A DNA stretch of 64,000 bases from Phoronis australis (lineage: Eukaryota > Animalia > Phoronida). The notes under the pieces were generated by a model that worked only from the letters and a program-made list of their open reading frames with translations, was not told where the DNA came from and searched no databases. This document shows positions 38,601 to 47,480 of the stretch, one piece after another; the first letter of the stretch is position 1; each line of letters starts with the position of its first letter. The DNA is taken from assembly GCA_002633005.1 (NCBI GenBank), contig NMRA01000632.1, positions 124,001 to 188,000 of the forward strand. Reading direction: 5' to 3'. The position numbers and the translations under genes were made by a program.

Positions 38601-41600
38601 ACCACTGAATCATCCGCACGAAACGCTGCATAATCATCTGCTCCACTAACCATCCGCACGAACCCTTTAAATGTTACGCATGAACCACGATATCATACGT
38701 ATGGCGAATACAAACCGTAAATATGAGCATCACTCTCATTGGCACGAGCATTTTCCGCACAAGAATCAAATCCTTCGCAAGAACATGCGCGCACCCAGCC
38801 GAAAAAAATGGGAGGGGGCTCGAATTTTCGAGAATGTGGACCTTTTACTAAGATTTACGGGACGTTCAGAGCTATGAATAGTGAATTCTCCGAATTTTGG
38901 TAGTTCCTGCCTTTTTAGTGGACTTAAGTCTCGTTTTCTACTTTTTTCGGAGTTCTTGTTTCTCTGAGGCGGACTTTTTTGCCTACTTCTCCAAATGAGA
39001 GGCTCGTTCTAGCTACCTGAGCCCCCCCTTGGAGGTGCTTATGAAAAACAAGCATTTTTTCAAAATATTGAACCTCAAAGACTGTGAGCCTTATAAATTA
39101 TTTGGTGGTTTGTGTTGACGATTATATCTACTGCCATGCGGCATGCACCCATGTTTCATCATCTTACCTTTTCACCAGGTGGTCATGCAGGACACAATCT
39201 GTCTTAGAGGATTTAGCTTTTACTAGAACTAAAAGCACCAAAATCTACTGTGTTTTGTGATTTTATTGTAAATCGCCGATTCCTAACAACGGCTTTCTGA
39301 CGAAGAAATCGAGGCCGTCACCTCATCATTTGATAAGTGCACCAGTGTGTCGTGCTGATCAAAGCCAGCCTGAAAAGCCAAGGGCTAATCCTCTGAGCAA
39401 ATACGAGAAAAAGAGGCAAAGAGCCGTAACACACTGGGGATTATCATCTCTACATGTAGTTAAGCATTTGGGAACGAAATCGAACGTTGAACTGTCATGG
39501 GTGATGGATTGAACACTTTCAGACTTTCCCGGGCTGCCTCAGGTAGATAGCCCGGTGGGTTTGCATATCGTCTGCTTTCTTTCAAAAATAGATTGTCATT
39601 CATGCTCACTTTTTGATTGCGCTTTGACCTAAAATGTTTTTGAAAAGCTTATCAGCAATCTTAGTCCTTCATGGCTGTGGACCAAAAACAACTACCTCAC
39701 CCTGGGAATGTGGGTGATACTGCAGTTGGTCACGTGATATAAGCGAGGTCACAAGCCATCAAAACGTTCAACGCTTACTTAAGTTCACTACTTAATCGAC
39801 TTTTTGAGTTTTAATATTTGGACATATGCAATTGTGTTACGTGGCAAGTAAAATAAAGTGGAAAACGTAAAATAGATAGGAGATTAAAGTCCTTATGTTT
39901 AAGAACCATAAAACCGCCGTGGTGATATTTTTACATAGTTCTGAGAAACGGCACAGTGTGGCTGGGATTGAGACAGAATATGAGAAACTACGCAATGGTG
40001 GACCACCTGGCAGGCAGAAACTAAGTGTCGTTATTGGTGGGAAAAACTCACCGACTCACAGGTCACGAACAGGTGAGACACAAAATAACTGGATTTCAAT
40101 TTGAGCCTTTAGGCCAGGGGAGGATCCAGGATTTTTTAAAAGGGGGGTCTGATCAAGGACGTTTTTAAAAAGGGATCCAAACCAACAATTTGAACATTAT
40201 AGACTTGATATCACTAAAATCAAGGGAAATAATGGGTGTCCAGACATCTTTGACCCCCTGGATCCTCCTGTGGAGACGTATTTTGTATAGAGCTTTGCTC
40301 AGTAAAACTTTTTACCTCCTTAATATTTCAGAAATCAAATTTAAGCAAAGCAAAATTGTTGCCACTGTGAAGTTTTGTGAAGTAATGTATTCCGTAAATG
40401 ACAAGTTCAACTACAGCAATAGATGCATTTTCCGATGTTTAACAAATTACCTGACATTTGACCTAAGTCAAAGTAGTATTATAAACTTCATGTTTTAAAT
40501 TCTTGGTTGCGTTGGATCTTCTACATGAACTAGCTTAAAGATAACTGAATGAGTCGACCTGTATCAGCATGTTTCACCTCCAACAATGAATGCTTTGCAG
40601 TCCCGAATACACCGGATGCTCAAGTTCCTCCGCGACATCGATTTTCTGTGTCGTCTCCGTCTGGTTACCACTTAGCACATCGCAGGAAGCATTCTAGTCA
40701 AGGATCCTTATTCATACGCAGAGTAAGTTAGGTCACACGTTCACACATATCTTTTAGGGGTCCTCTCACGCTTGCACGGTTATAGGAATTTCCCACTTCG
40801 TGCATGTCAACAATTTTATCCATGTATACATAGCCAAGGGCTGCTACGGGTGAGAGCCCCAACAGTTTTCGTCCCGGTGATTCGAGAAACCGTCACCTTT
40901 TCTGAGGTCCCCACACGTTTCGTCAGCTAACAATTTAGCTGTAAACTTGTTAATGTAAACTTGTATGGGTTTACAATTTTGCATTTAGGATCCTCATTGA
41001 CTGGGGTGGTACGCATAACGAAGCGGGCGTAAGAACACTTACCGTTGAACGGTTAACCATTCAGCATCGTATAGGAAGGCAATAAAAAACATATTCCATT
41101 GCAACACTTACCGTATAGCAGGACCCTTACCACTGGAAGCGATCCTTGGCACTCGCCGCAAAGATATCTTACTAAGCACAAAGAACTTTAATGCATAGCT
41201 TGAACGACGACAAAAAGACACGCATGACTTTGGGCTTGGTGAGTTCTTGTGGTGCGTGATTAATATGTGTTAAGAGTGCTAATGCATGGATATCCTGTCG
41301 TGGTAAGGGTTCTGTTCTGTGGTTATGAGTGTTCCGCGGCCCGTGGTAAGGGCTGAAACACCACTTCGTGAGGCAACACATCCGCTGTAGCATCAGTTTT
41401 ACGTCATTAAAATGAGACCGTTACTCTCGCTCCAATAAAAATTCTCCAGATACTGAATGGTCATTAGCGACACAGCTTGGTGGCGGCGGGATTGGGCGCG
41501 CGTCGCTTGGTCAGGGACTCAATCCCTCCATGAATTCTTAAGAAGATGAACATTTATCGATTCATGACAGTTCGTGGTAATCGTGGTAATAGTAGACTGG

Positions 41601-44600
41601 ATCTCTTGACTGGCTCAAATGATCACGCAATAACTTGAAGCACGATCCGTGATTATTTTTGAAATTAAGAATGTCTTAGTTTACCAACCGCCCTCTTACC
41701 CTGTTGTAAGGCAAACAGATTCACCGTTTGTCTTTCCCTACCTGTCAGGCAATGTAGTATTTTAACTGCTATCACTATGTAAGCATACGCATTAAAATAC
41801 TCTCAAAACTAATAAATATAAAGCACGGAAGTTTCATTATGTCTTTTCCAGGATTCTTCTCCACTTTTTAGTCAAATGGGAGAAGGAATCGAGCTGCTTG
41901 CTGAAGGTCAAGGGCGGCCAGCCATTAATCTGGTGCCAGACGTCTCCAGGACGAAAGGACTGCATAAAAGATATTCCAAAGATTCTTTGATGGATCGCGA
42001 GGACATCTTACGACGTTTCAGTGACGGACAAACGGGAACATGTCGTCGACCAAGCATACAAAGCTTCTGCAGCGATGACACTCCAATAAGAGATTCCGCA
42101 CGCCGTTTCAGCACGCAGAGTTGTGGTGCCGTAATTGTACAGGTGAACACATTACGCCTTTTTCTCGGGAGAGGTCAGCACTGAATAAACCGGTAGGCTG
42201 CACTTGATTGACTTCGTGGTTCCAACAGGCAACAGACTTTGACATCAGGGTAGTGTATCGATCAGTAACGCTAGTACCTCGCTAAAAAGAAAGATTTTGC
42301 GAGATTACGTAAGATATTGCCGTGTATTTTACATGAGAACACGTGATATTGGCTAGACTTTAGCGAGGTCCTAGCGTTACTGAACTACCCAGATTTGCCT
42401 GTAAACCGGATGTAGTCATGGAGGACCAATCACATGTCTCGGCCGGTTAAGCTAAACGAACTGGTAAAGTCAATGAAGTACACCCGTTGAGTTCGGGACT
42501 TTCTGAGGATATGAAGTGTAACTGTCCTACACGAGCGCATTTAGGCTCAAGCGCCTGTGTATGAAGCTGCATCTCAGTGATGGCGGGTTTAAACACATTC
42601 GCACATACCTGAACACTGTCTTGAGCAAAACTATGGAGCCACAAGTTCTAAAAATGTCATATCATTGAAGCTTGGCGGGACGTTTGGATGATGGTCACAA
42701 AAAATATCATAACACTTGTCTTTGTGGAACAGCTGGACATGCACTGTTCACACACTCCTGTGTTTTTATTTTCATGAAAACGGGCATCCTGTTTATATAA
42801 CAAGTGCTAGAAGTCAGCTTCCGATTGTTCACCACTGCAGGGTCGACCAACCCAAATACATTGTACGAAGCCTGCCAAGCGAACGACATAAAATTTTAAA
42901 CCGATCATCATTACCAGTTTACTGGATCAGGCATGTTATTTTCACTTGATGCGAGGTTATTTTGAGCATGCGCATTGGAGCAACTCAGATGTGGCCGCTT
43001 TTAATCGGCGAAAGAGCTGTAGAATTAGAGATATGGAATGGTCCAATTTGTCCATAATAGTTGTGAACATTAAGTTGAGTATCGATTCCTGTAACGATCT
43101 AAAGTATTTTAGCTCGCTAGTTTTAATCAGTGAAAACTCGCCTCTCTGGACGGCTGTTGTATACCTTCTATATATTATGGTGTGACGTCGAATGAAAAAA
43201 TTATATCCTCGCAATTTGATTGCGTTTGAAAATTTGTTTTAGAGTCCGCTGGAAGTCTAGTGCATGTGTCTTTGTTGATTTTTCCGTAAGTGGCGCTGCC
43301 GTTCACAGCCAATGTTACAAGTTTATTTGATAATTCACATCCACATACTACCAAAGAAAAAAGAAAATAAATCATAACTATTTGAGTAACTAAATTGTGT
43401 AATTCTTAAACCGGCGAGGAAAGGTATACAGCAAAAATTTAATAAGTTTTGTCAGCACGCCACCTGTGGCCACATCACGAGACCTAATGAACATAAGTCT
43501 GAAAATTTTTCTGCCCAACTGGAACTCGAACCTGGGACTCTCTGAACGGTTAGAAGAACATCCCGTATTCGAGTCCCGGTTCGTGCAGAAATCTTTTCAA
43601 ACTTATATTCATTAGGTCACGTGATGTGGCCACAGGTGGCGTGCTGACCAGACTTCAACATTTTCCCGATATTTGAGAATGTTATGAATGTAATTTCTTT
43701 TACATTGTGCTTATTCATTCGCAGATGCTCATTAATAGTTTATGGTTTATCCAGGCGCATATTCAGATCGTGCTTTCATCAGTGACAGGCACTTTCCTAT
43801 TTCGTACTCTGTAGATCATTGATGGAAATGTCCCAAGTACATCGCAAAACCATCGCTTTTAGTCACAACCGATGTTTGTTTGATCAAGATGGTGTAATAT
43901 TGTTGTGTTTACGTGTTCCAGCGACATGGTTGCGTGGAATCATCGGGTTCAATAAAATTGATTGACATATCGGAACTGTCTATTATAAGACCGTGGTAGT
44001 TCATACCGACGTGTCAACTCTGGTTATTTAAAATAAACGAGTGGCGTTGACGCAAGCTTTCTACAGACTAATTTTACCCGTCAAATTGTTAGAGATGTGA
44101 CGGTAGTTCTGTATCATTTGGTGTATTTTCCAGCCTGCCGAAGAACAACGGAAAGACAGTAAATCAACGAACTTATTAGACGCTTTGGCGCCAGCCATCA
44201 CATTCCGGAAAGGGAGCATTGGAGATAGTATGGTAAGCGATTCCTGTTGTCTTGGGTACAATTTGATAAAAATGGAGTACCACACACTGTGACACTAGAG
44301 CATTTTCAATAGTTATGTATTCTGAGTTGAGAAATGAATGTTTTTGACGAATGACACTATAGCTTATTATTTCGGGGTTTTGAAATTTGGTTGTGGAAAA
44401 TGTGCTGTGATTCATCAAGTTCGCTTTGTCAAGGGTAGGATTCACCTAACTGACTTCTTTTAAAGATAATTATATGTTGAGCGCGCGGCCGGGTTCCGTT
44501 TTTCAAAAATAGACAACTACAAAGCACGAAGAAATAAGAATGGGGCGGTTTATTCTCACAAAAGTGACACCTATGGAATGAAGACAAATCTTCAAAATAT

Positions 44601-45408
44601 TCAGTACACGTATTTTCTATCCAAGACTTAAAAACTCTGCAGAACTAAAAAACAATTCAAAACCAGAATTTATCGCGTCAGGACCAAATTTTAACAGGTC
44701 ATTTCCAAAATTTAACACTTCCATTGTGTCTCTGCGATATTCAGCCGTATTCAAATCTAATGTGTCCAAGAGTACATTGGGTTCTGTTGTAACAGGTGGA
44801 TGGGACATCAAAAATTCAACCTCAATGTAACGATATGACTATCGTCGGCGAGACGAACGCTTAGCTCTTGCTTACCTCACCTACATAATCACTTTGAGGG
44901 CTCAATGCTTGTGGATGGTCATGTGGTCTCTTAGCATGAGAATTTTCTAGCGTGTTAAATTTTCGATCCTGACATGACTCAAATTTGGGTATTGAGTTGT
45001 TTTTTGGTCCAACAGAGTAAAAATGATGTTTTGGACTATTCATAATTCTTGCATTAGTGAAAATTCTGGTTTTGAGTTTTTTGGTTCTGCAGAGTAAAAA
45101 TGGCTGTTTTTAAATATTGCATAATATGTGTGACCTAGGATTTTCCGCTTTCCTACCTACGACCTCTGACCCCAATATACCGGCAGAAATCATAAAGTGT
45201 GACCTTGCTTAATTTCTCTGCTCGGCTTTTGCGAGTATCGCAAAATTTGTTCAAAACATGCGACTCTCACGCCATATTGTGAAATAGAATGCTCCAATGC
45301 ATTACTCGTGTTGCCTGAACAGTGCTGAATATAACATGAAGTATTTTTCTATTTCAATTGTTGCCTTTCCAGATGAGTTTCTTTGGTAGTAAAACGCCAC
45401 CACCTTGA
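7670..45408 (+). CDS. SCYL2: SCY1-like pseudokinase 2 family protein (SCYL2-like), 5'-partial spliced gene
   Basis: join(7670-7830,13391-13490,13693-13737,28948-29094,30207-30422,31265-31381,31962-32090,33256-33432,33764-33886,35175-35285,35912-36044,36841-36959,38169-38272,39939-40072,40601-40722,[41468-41509],41852-42142,44134-44232,45373-45408). Phases are consistent and give 2364 nt without the optional exon. Pseudokinase motifs EVSVFVFDKK, RHPKLLQV, LAFASEPVLASL, HGNVTPQSI, WKLAGLGF, YTAPE, SDMFSLG are followed by a HEAT-repeat-like region. The start exon was not found in the window. The symbol denotes family; orthology to vertebrate SCYL2 is not established. Confidence 0.9.
11220..11937. 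other. Assembly gap
   Basis: Run of N; the two X-filled ORFs here are artefacts. Confidence 0.99.
12889..13044. mobile_element. ~155-bp MITE family A copy
   Basis: CAGC[CT]TCCCGTTCAGTAACGC...GCGTTACTGAACGCACGCC with inverted CGTTCAGTAACGC(TAGGACCT) arms; further copies at 17338, 26450, 26651(-), 42262. Confidence 0.8.
13391..13490 (+). CDS. SCYL2: SCYL2-like exon
   Basis: ttctag|(H)DSLAFASEPVLASLSNLLGNLDKIPAPVNNEIK|gtatgt. Confidence 0.92.
13693..13737 (+). CDS. SCYL2: SCYL2-like 45-nt exon
   Basis: ttttcag|THEFLEVEIKAGILQ|gtaagt; matches the DVETKYGLLQ segment of SCYL2. Confidence 0.9.
13968..14360 (-). mobile_element. Penelope-like retroelement fragment (GIY-YIG endonuclease C-terminal half)
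   Basis: RMSQHRRSS..SAIF..TGHDFNTDDVTILDCEEDWFKRDVKAALH..PSLNKRGGLRFDLSLVWDDVL is typical of the PLE GIY-YIG end; a decayed hammerhead follows. Confidence 0.8.
14690..15260 (-). mobile_element. PIF/Harbinger-related ISL2EU (DDE_Tnp_4) transposase relic
   Basis: Minus strand, several frameshifts: STVSR..TRVF(L)CIEIFVKVPS..YKWHNTAMGLVG..FVSDLAPGQISDK..VMTDQGF..KSQLSPAEEENRKVTSVRIHVERAIQLI. Confidence 0.8.
15516..15546. repeat. (ACATGT)5 palindromic microsatellite
   Basis: acatgtacatgtacatgtacatgtacatgta. Confidence 0.95.
17338..17494. mobile_element. MITE family A copy
   Basis: Same sequence and arms as 12889-13044. Confidence 0.8.
18992..21250 (+). repeat. Three head-to-tail ~770-bp units of a dispersed non-autonomous element
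   Basis: Units ~18992-19760, ~19761-20540 and ~20540-21250 (the third 5'-truncated and more diverged). Shared blocks include CGACACTCACCTT, TTTAAGTG[AG]AAAACAAT, AACACCG[TG]TA and CATCGG[CT]GCAAA. Confidence 0.85.
23578..23651. repeat. (GCT)n trinucleotide microsatellite, intronic
   Basis: About 22 perfect GCT units preceded by GCCGATAAT/GCTAAT variants. Confidence 0.97.
23981..24050. repeat. 34-bp tandem duplication
   Basis: TTCGCCAATACATAACCAGTGCATCAAACAGTTC x2. Confidence 0.9.
25200..25425 (-). mobile_element. CR1/L2-like non-LTR retrotransposon fragment (region downstream of RT)
   Basis: Minus strand KSFARPYFDYGDII then KNAFTVTG resembles the YKSFxRPHLDYGDII...NAALAVTG block of CR1-group ORF2. 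Confidence 0.6.
26450..26807. mobile_element. Two MITE family A copies in inverted orientation (26450-26605 and 26651-26807)
   Basis: The second copy is the reverse complement of the first; 45-nt spacer. Confidence 0.85.
27763..27910. mobile_element. Tandem pair of ~70-bp hAT-like MITEs
   Basis: Repeated AGCACTGAAAAAG[TA]GGGGGCTA.AGCC..CAGCC; outer ends ATGGGCGGCGCA / TGCGCCGCCCAT are inverted. Confidence 0.55.
28948..29094 (+). CDS. SCYL2: SCYL2-like exon (degenerate catalytic loop)
   Basis: ccatag|VAEALSFLHSCEQTLHGNVTPQSILVTKRGTWKLAGLGFSQKGDSSKSN|gtaaat. Confidence 0.92.
30207..30422 (+). CDS. SCYL2: SCYL2-like exon (APE, subdomain IX)
   Basis: cgcag|EYFHRAPWNAKISKMVQPPLDYTAPE...SDMFSLGMVICATYNEG...KRVEQ|gtaaat. 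Confidence 0.92.
30545..30810. repeat. Degenerate (TCA/TCG)n microsatellite
   Basis: catcat/cgtcat/cattat low-complexity tract; explains the His-rich ORF 30472-30777. Confidence 0.85.
31265..31381 (+). CDS. SCYL2: SCYL2-like exon
   Basis: tttcag|MSQLFGAIAGKIPLPLVEPVEKMINQDVRYRPTAQSFTL|gtaagt. Confidence 0.9.
31664..31832. mobile_element. hAT-like MITE
   Basis: CAGGGGCGGGTCCAGGG...CCCCTAAATCTGTCACTG imperfect TIRs. Confidence 0.5.
31962..32090 (+). CDS. SCYL2: SCYL2-like exon
   Basis: ttatag|LKYFQDPLVGCIHYIGAMEQKTLEDKREFFASILVDIIPHIPS|gtaggt. Confidence 0.88.
33256..33432 (+). CDS. SCYL2: SCYL2-like exon (HEAT region)
   Basis: ttttatag|KILFKHIVPCLLKEVEDDNMVAFVLPSIISVIE...TSKPAQ|gtgagt. Confidence 0.92.
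33764..33886 (+). CDS. SCYL2: SCYL2-like exon with non-canonical GC donor
   Basis: ttgtag|VSTIILGELNVITTKLPNDEVRRVILPLVLNMLDSNIAQEQ|gcaagt; 123 nt, phase 0-0; similarity to SCYL2 ends at the GC. Confidence 0.85.
33972..34806. mobile_element. hAT-like non-autonomous element containing a tRNA-like Pol III head; partial second copy at ~49122-49465
   Basis: Ends CATAGGCGGATTTAAG / CCTAGATTCGCCACTG; internal A-box TGGTGCAGTGG (34524) and B-box GTTCGAGTC (34554). Confidence 0.65.
35175..35285 (+). CDS. SCYL2: SCYL2-like exon
   Basis: tttttag|YCAIRGILTLLNTVDKDVVQKTVLPKLKAIFPRAGPE|gtatgt. Confidence 0.87.
35912..36044 (+). CDS. SCYL2: SCYL2-like exon
   Basis: tttcag|IQVNIISALNTLIDFFDRSVILDEVLPFMTDLQVLDAYVLMALI|gtaaga, phase 1. 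Confidence 0.9.
36070..36445. repeat. Degenerate ~40-bp minisatellite
   Basis: Recurrent [TC]TCT[AG]TAATGCCATTGGTTGCTGCA-like units. Confidence 0.5.
36841..36959 (+). CDS. SCYL2: SCYL2-like exon
   Basis: ttttgtag|(D)VYKQMLSDKRYGLNYILLATKVMPSLLPHTMLQSLSPDQ|gtcagt. Confidence 0.9.
38079..38152. repeat. 11-bp tandem repeat with 22-bp higher-order period
   Basis: CAATATAGAC[C/T], strictly alternating, ~6.7 units. Confidence 0.95.
38169..38272 (+). CDS. SCYL2: SCYL2-like exon
   Basis: tttttag|LTLLMAVIREMMDIVERQRRNKMDIDTLTVTLSP|gtgagg, phase 2. Confidence 0.88.
39939..40072 (+). CDS. SCYL2: SCYL2-like exon (C-terminal tail)
   Basis: acatag|SEKRHSVAGIETEYEKLRNGGPPGRQKLSVVIGGKNSPTHRSRT|gtgaga; phases fit both neighbours. 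Confidence 0.78.
40115..40272. mobile_element. hAT-like MITE
   Basis: CAGGGGAGGATCCAGG...CCTGGATCCTCCTGTG inverted termini. Confidence 0.6.
40601..40722 (+). CDS. SCYL2: SCYL2-like exon (C-terminal tail)
   Basis: ttgcag|PNTPDAQVPPRHRFSVSSPSGYHLAHRRKHSSQGSLFIRR|gtaagt. Confidence 0.75.
41468..41509 (+). CDS. Candidate 42-nt SCYL2-like microexon
   Basis: cattag|RHSLVAAGLGARRL|gtcagg; phase 0-0 GC-rich island with a weak polypyrimidine tract. Confidence 0.4.
41852..42142 (+). CDS. SCYL2: SCYL2-like exon (C-terminal tail)
   Basis: ttttccag|DSSPLFSQMGEGIELL...KRYSKDSL...RRFSDG...RRPSIQ...RRFSTQSCGAVIVQ|gtgaac. Confidence 0.78.
42262..42386. mobile_element. MITE family A copy (diverged ends)
   Basis: TCAGTAACGCTAGTACCTCGCTAAAAAG...GGTCCTAGCGTTACTGAAC. 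Confidence 0.75.
43444..43655. repeat. ~210-bp palindrome with B-box-like motifs on both arms
   Basis: GTCAGCACGCCACCTGTGGCCACATCACG.GACCTAATGAA / TTCATTAGGTCACGTGATGTGGCCACAGGTGGCGTGCTGAC. Confidence 0.9.
44134..44232 (+). CDS. SCYL2: SCYL2-like penultimate exon
   Basis: ttttccag|PAEEQRKDSKSTNLLDALAPAITFRKGSIGDSM|gtaagc. Confidence 0.72.
45373..45408 (+). CDS. SCYL2: SCYL2-like probable terminal coding exon
   Basis: cctttccag|MSFFGSKTPPP* in phase 0; candidate AATAAA at ~46611. Confidence 0.55.
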   Translation: MSFFGSKTPPP

Positions 45409-46899
45409 TGTCGACAGGAAACTGGCAAGCGGTACTCTTCTCTGATTCGGTTAAAGTCACGGAGGACTGTTTAAGTCAAAAGACCGATGATTGGCAAAAT
45501 AAGTAAACCACGAGTCAAAATGGTTTGTTTGGACATAGTTGTGAAAGATTGCTGCACGAAGACCTTTGTTTTTCTTGCGTGAAAATCTTGAAATGCGTTC
45601 TTGGAAACCGGTCTCCGTTCTGTAGAGGCGAGAACCTTGCGGAAACGCAAGATCACGCAAGACTTCGCGAGACATCGCCATGTTGGACCTATTACAAGCA
45701 AAGCACCTGATCTATCTCACACAAGCGTCCTTCGAGATATTCTTGAGTCTACGGAACTCGGCTGTGATGTCGTGCCTGGTACTCTGTTATGCAAATATAC
45801 ATGTAGAGACAGTGCAAAATGCGTGATTCCAACAGTTATGCAACACGCAGTGAATTTGAATCGAAGTAACCAAATCTGAAAACATTTCGTAGACAGCCAT
45901 TGTAAGCAACTGATAAACATTCACATAAAGCACGAAATCTGTTTTTTGTTTCACATTAATTTCCATTCATACAAACATTTATTCGTGGAAGGCTGGTAAA
46001 AGAAATTGACGTGGAACACTCTGCGACTTTCCGTACATTCGTGGCATTTGTTGGCCATCTTTCTCCAGGTGGAGCAATTTATCCATTTTTCATGAAAATA
46101 TATTTTCATAGTACCGTCCACACACTGACTTATCCTTGGACAATTTGCACTAGTGCAACTTGCCACAATTTGAAGTGGAGCACCCATACACTCATAACTA
46201 GCACAAGGCGGAAGTTGTCGCCCTGCGCATGACAATGAACAGGCTGATGCGAATAGGGCACACAAAAGATAACCCCCCCCTATGTAACCGTAGCCGATAA
46301 TTACTGCCGACTTGCCTCAAGTTTTCGGTCACACAGCGACTAGAAGTAGCACAAGTTCCCTTAGAACTGCGCTACCTCGATAAGGTGGAGAAAGTTCTCA
46401 CAAATGGGGCAAGTTTCTTTAGTTTAAACAGCGTCCAGACAGCCCTCAGTCCTTGCGATAACTTGTTTCAGGAGTACAAGTAACTTGTTCCAGGATAAGT
46501 GTGTGTGTGTAGACAGGAGTTTTGATACGCTAATACATGGCATAAACGTTGTCCACAAAGATGAAACTTAGCAAAGACTAAAATTGGGTTAGCGTTGCCC
46601 GGCAATTAAAAATAAATCTTGTAATTTGTTATAATCTCGTTAGGAAGAGAAAAAGTGTAGAGACGTCCTCCCAGGAACTACGTCTGACGTATTTACGTTG
46701 AAAAAATAAGTGTCTGTAACTTTTGTACAGGGGAAATTTGGGGTTCCTTTTCTATTCAAGTAGGGGTTGCTACTGAGAAATATACGAACCATTACGTATT
46801 GAAACCAACTTAGTTAAATGCTGTTAGAAAAAATCAAAATATTTTGATAAACGACTTTTCAACATATACATGTAGTGGTGCCATTTTCGAACCTAGAAA

Positions 46900-47480
46900 T
46901 TCCCTTCATTTGTGATTTCAGTTGAACATAAATATGCAAAACATAAAAGTCATACATTGGTATACAAACTTTTTTACCTTTCAGTAATCGTTGCAACGCA
47001 TCCGGGGAAATCAAGTATTACAGTGTCATTAGAGCTGGAAGTTCTTACGCCGATCTAGGTTGACTGTACTTCTATTGTTATTGTTATGGATTTAAAAGAA
47101 TAGAATTTCAATGGATTCAAAGGAATATAATTTCTAAAGGCATCAAATTCCAGAAATTTCCCCTGTTATCCACTAAATTATGTATAGGTCTTATACCCTT
47201 ATCATTCCAAGATTTGAGAAAAGTCTGTTTGCTTTCCACCATATGGTTAGCAAAATTTCCCATTTCTCCTGGGTAAAGTGATAAAAATCTTTCAACGCTC
47301 GAGAATTTTATATCCAAAAACTAGTCCAATTGATAATCGAATGCATTACAGCAAGCATCACTAAAACAATGGAAATTTGGCATCAGAATATTAACAAACC
47401 CGTTTAGATATATCCCGGTAAGACGTATTGAGCAAGGATATAGCAAACATGATATTGCTGATAAATATATATCTGTGACG
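46900..47480 (-). mobile_element. L1/Tx1-like non-LTR retrotransposon ORF2 relic
   Basis: Minus strand PNFHCFSDA...FLKSWNDKGIRPIHNLVDNRG(K)FLEFDAFR..LKFYSFKSI resembles the post-RT WxxKGIxxxxDLxxxxGxFxxF block of L1/Tx1. Confidence 0.65.

Noticed and set aside
39100-39800. Minus-strand donor-like sites (AAAG|gtaaga, CAGG|gtgagg) suggesting a nested gene
   Set aside because: I could not assemble a consistent open spliced frame; probably a decayed element.
43627-43645. CTCF site TGGCCACAGGTGGCGTG
   Set aside because: One base short of the CCACCAGGTGGCG core spacing, and part of a repeat arm.
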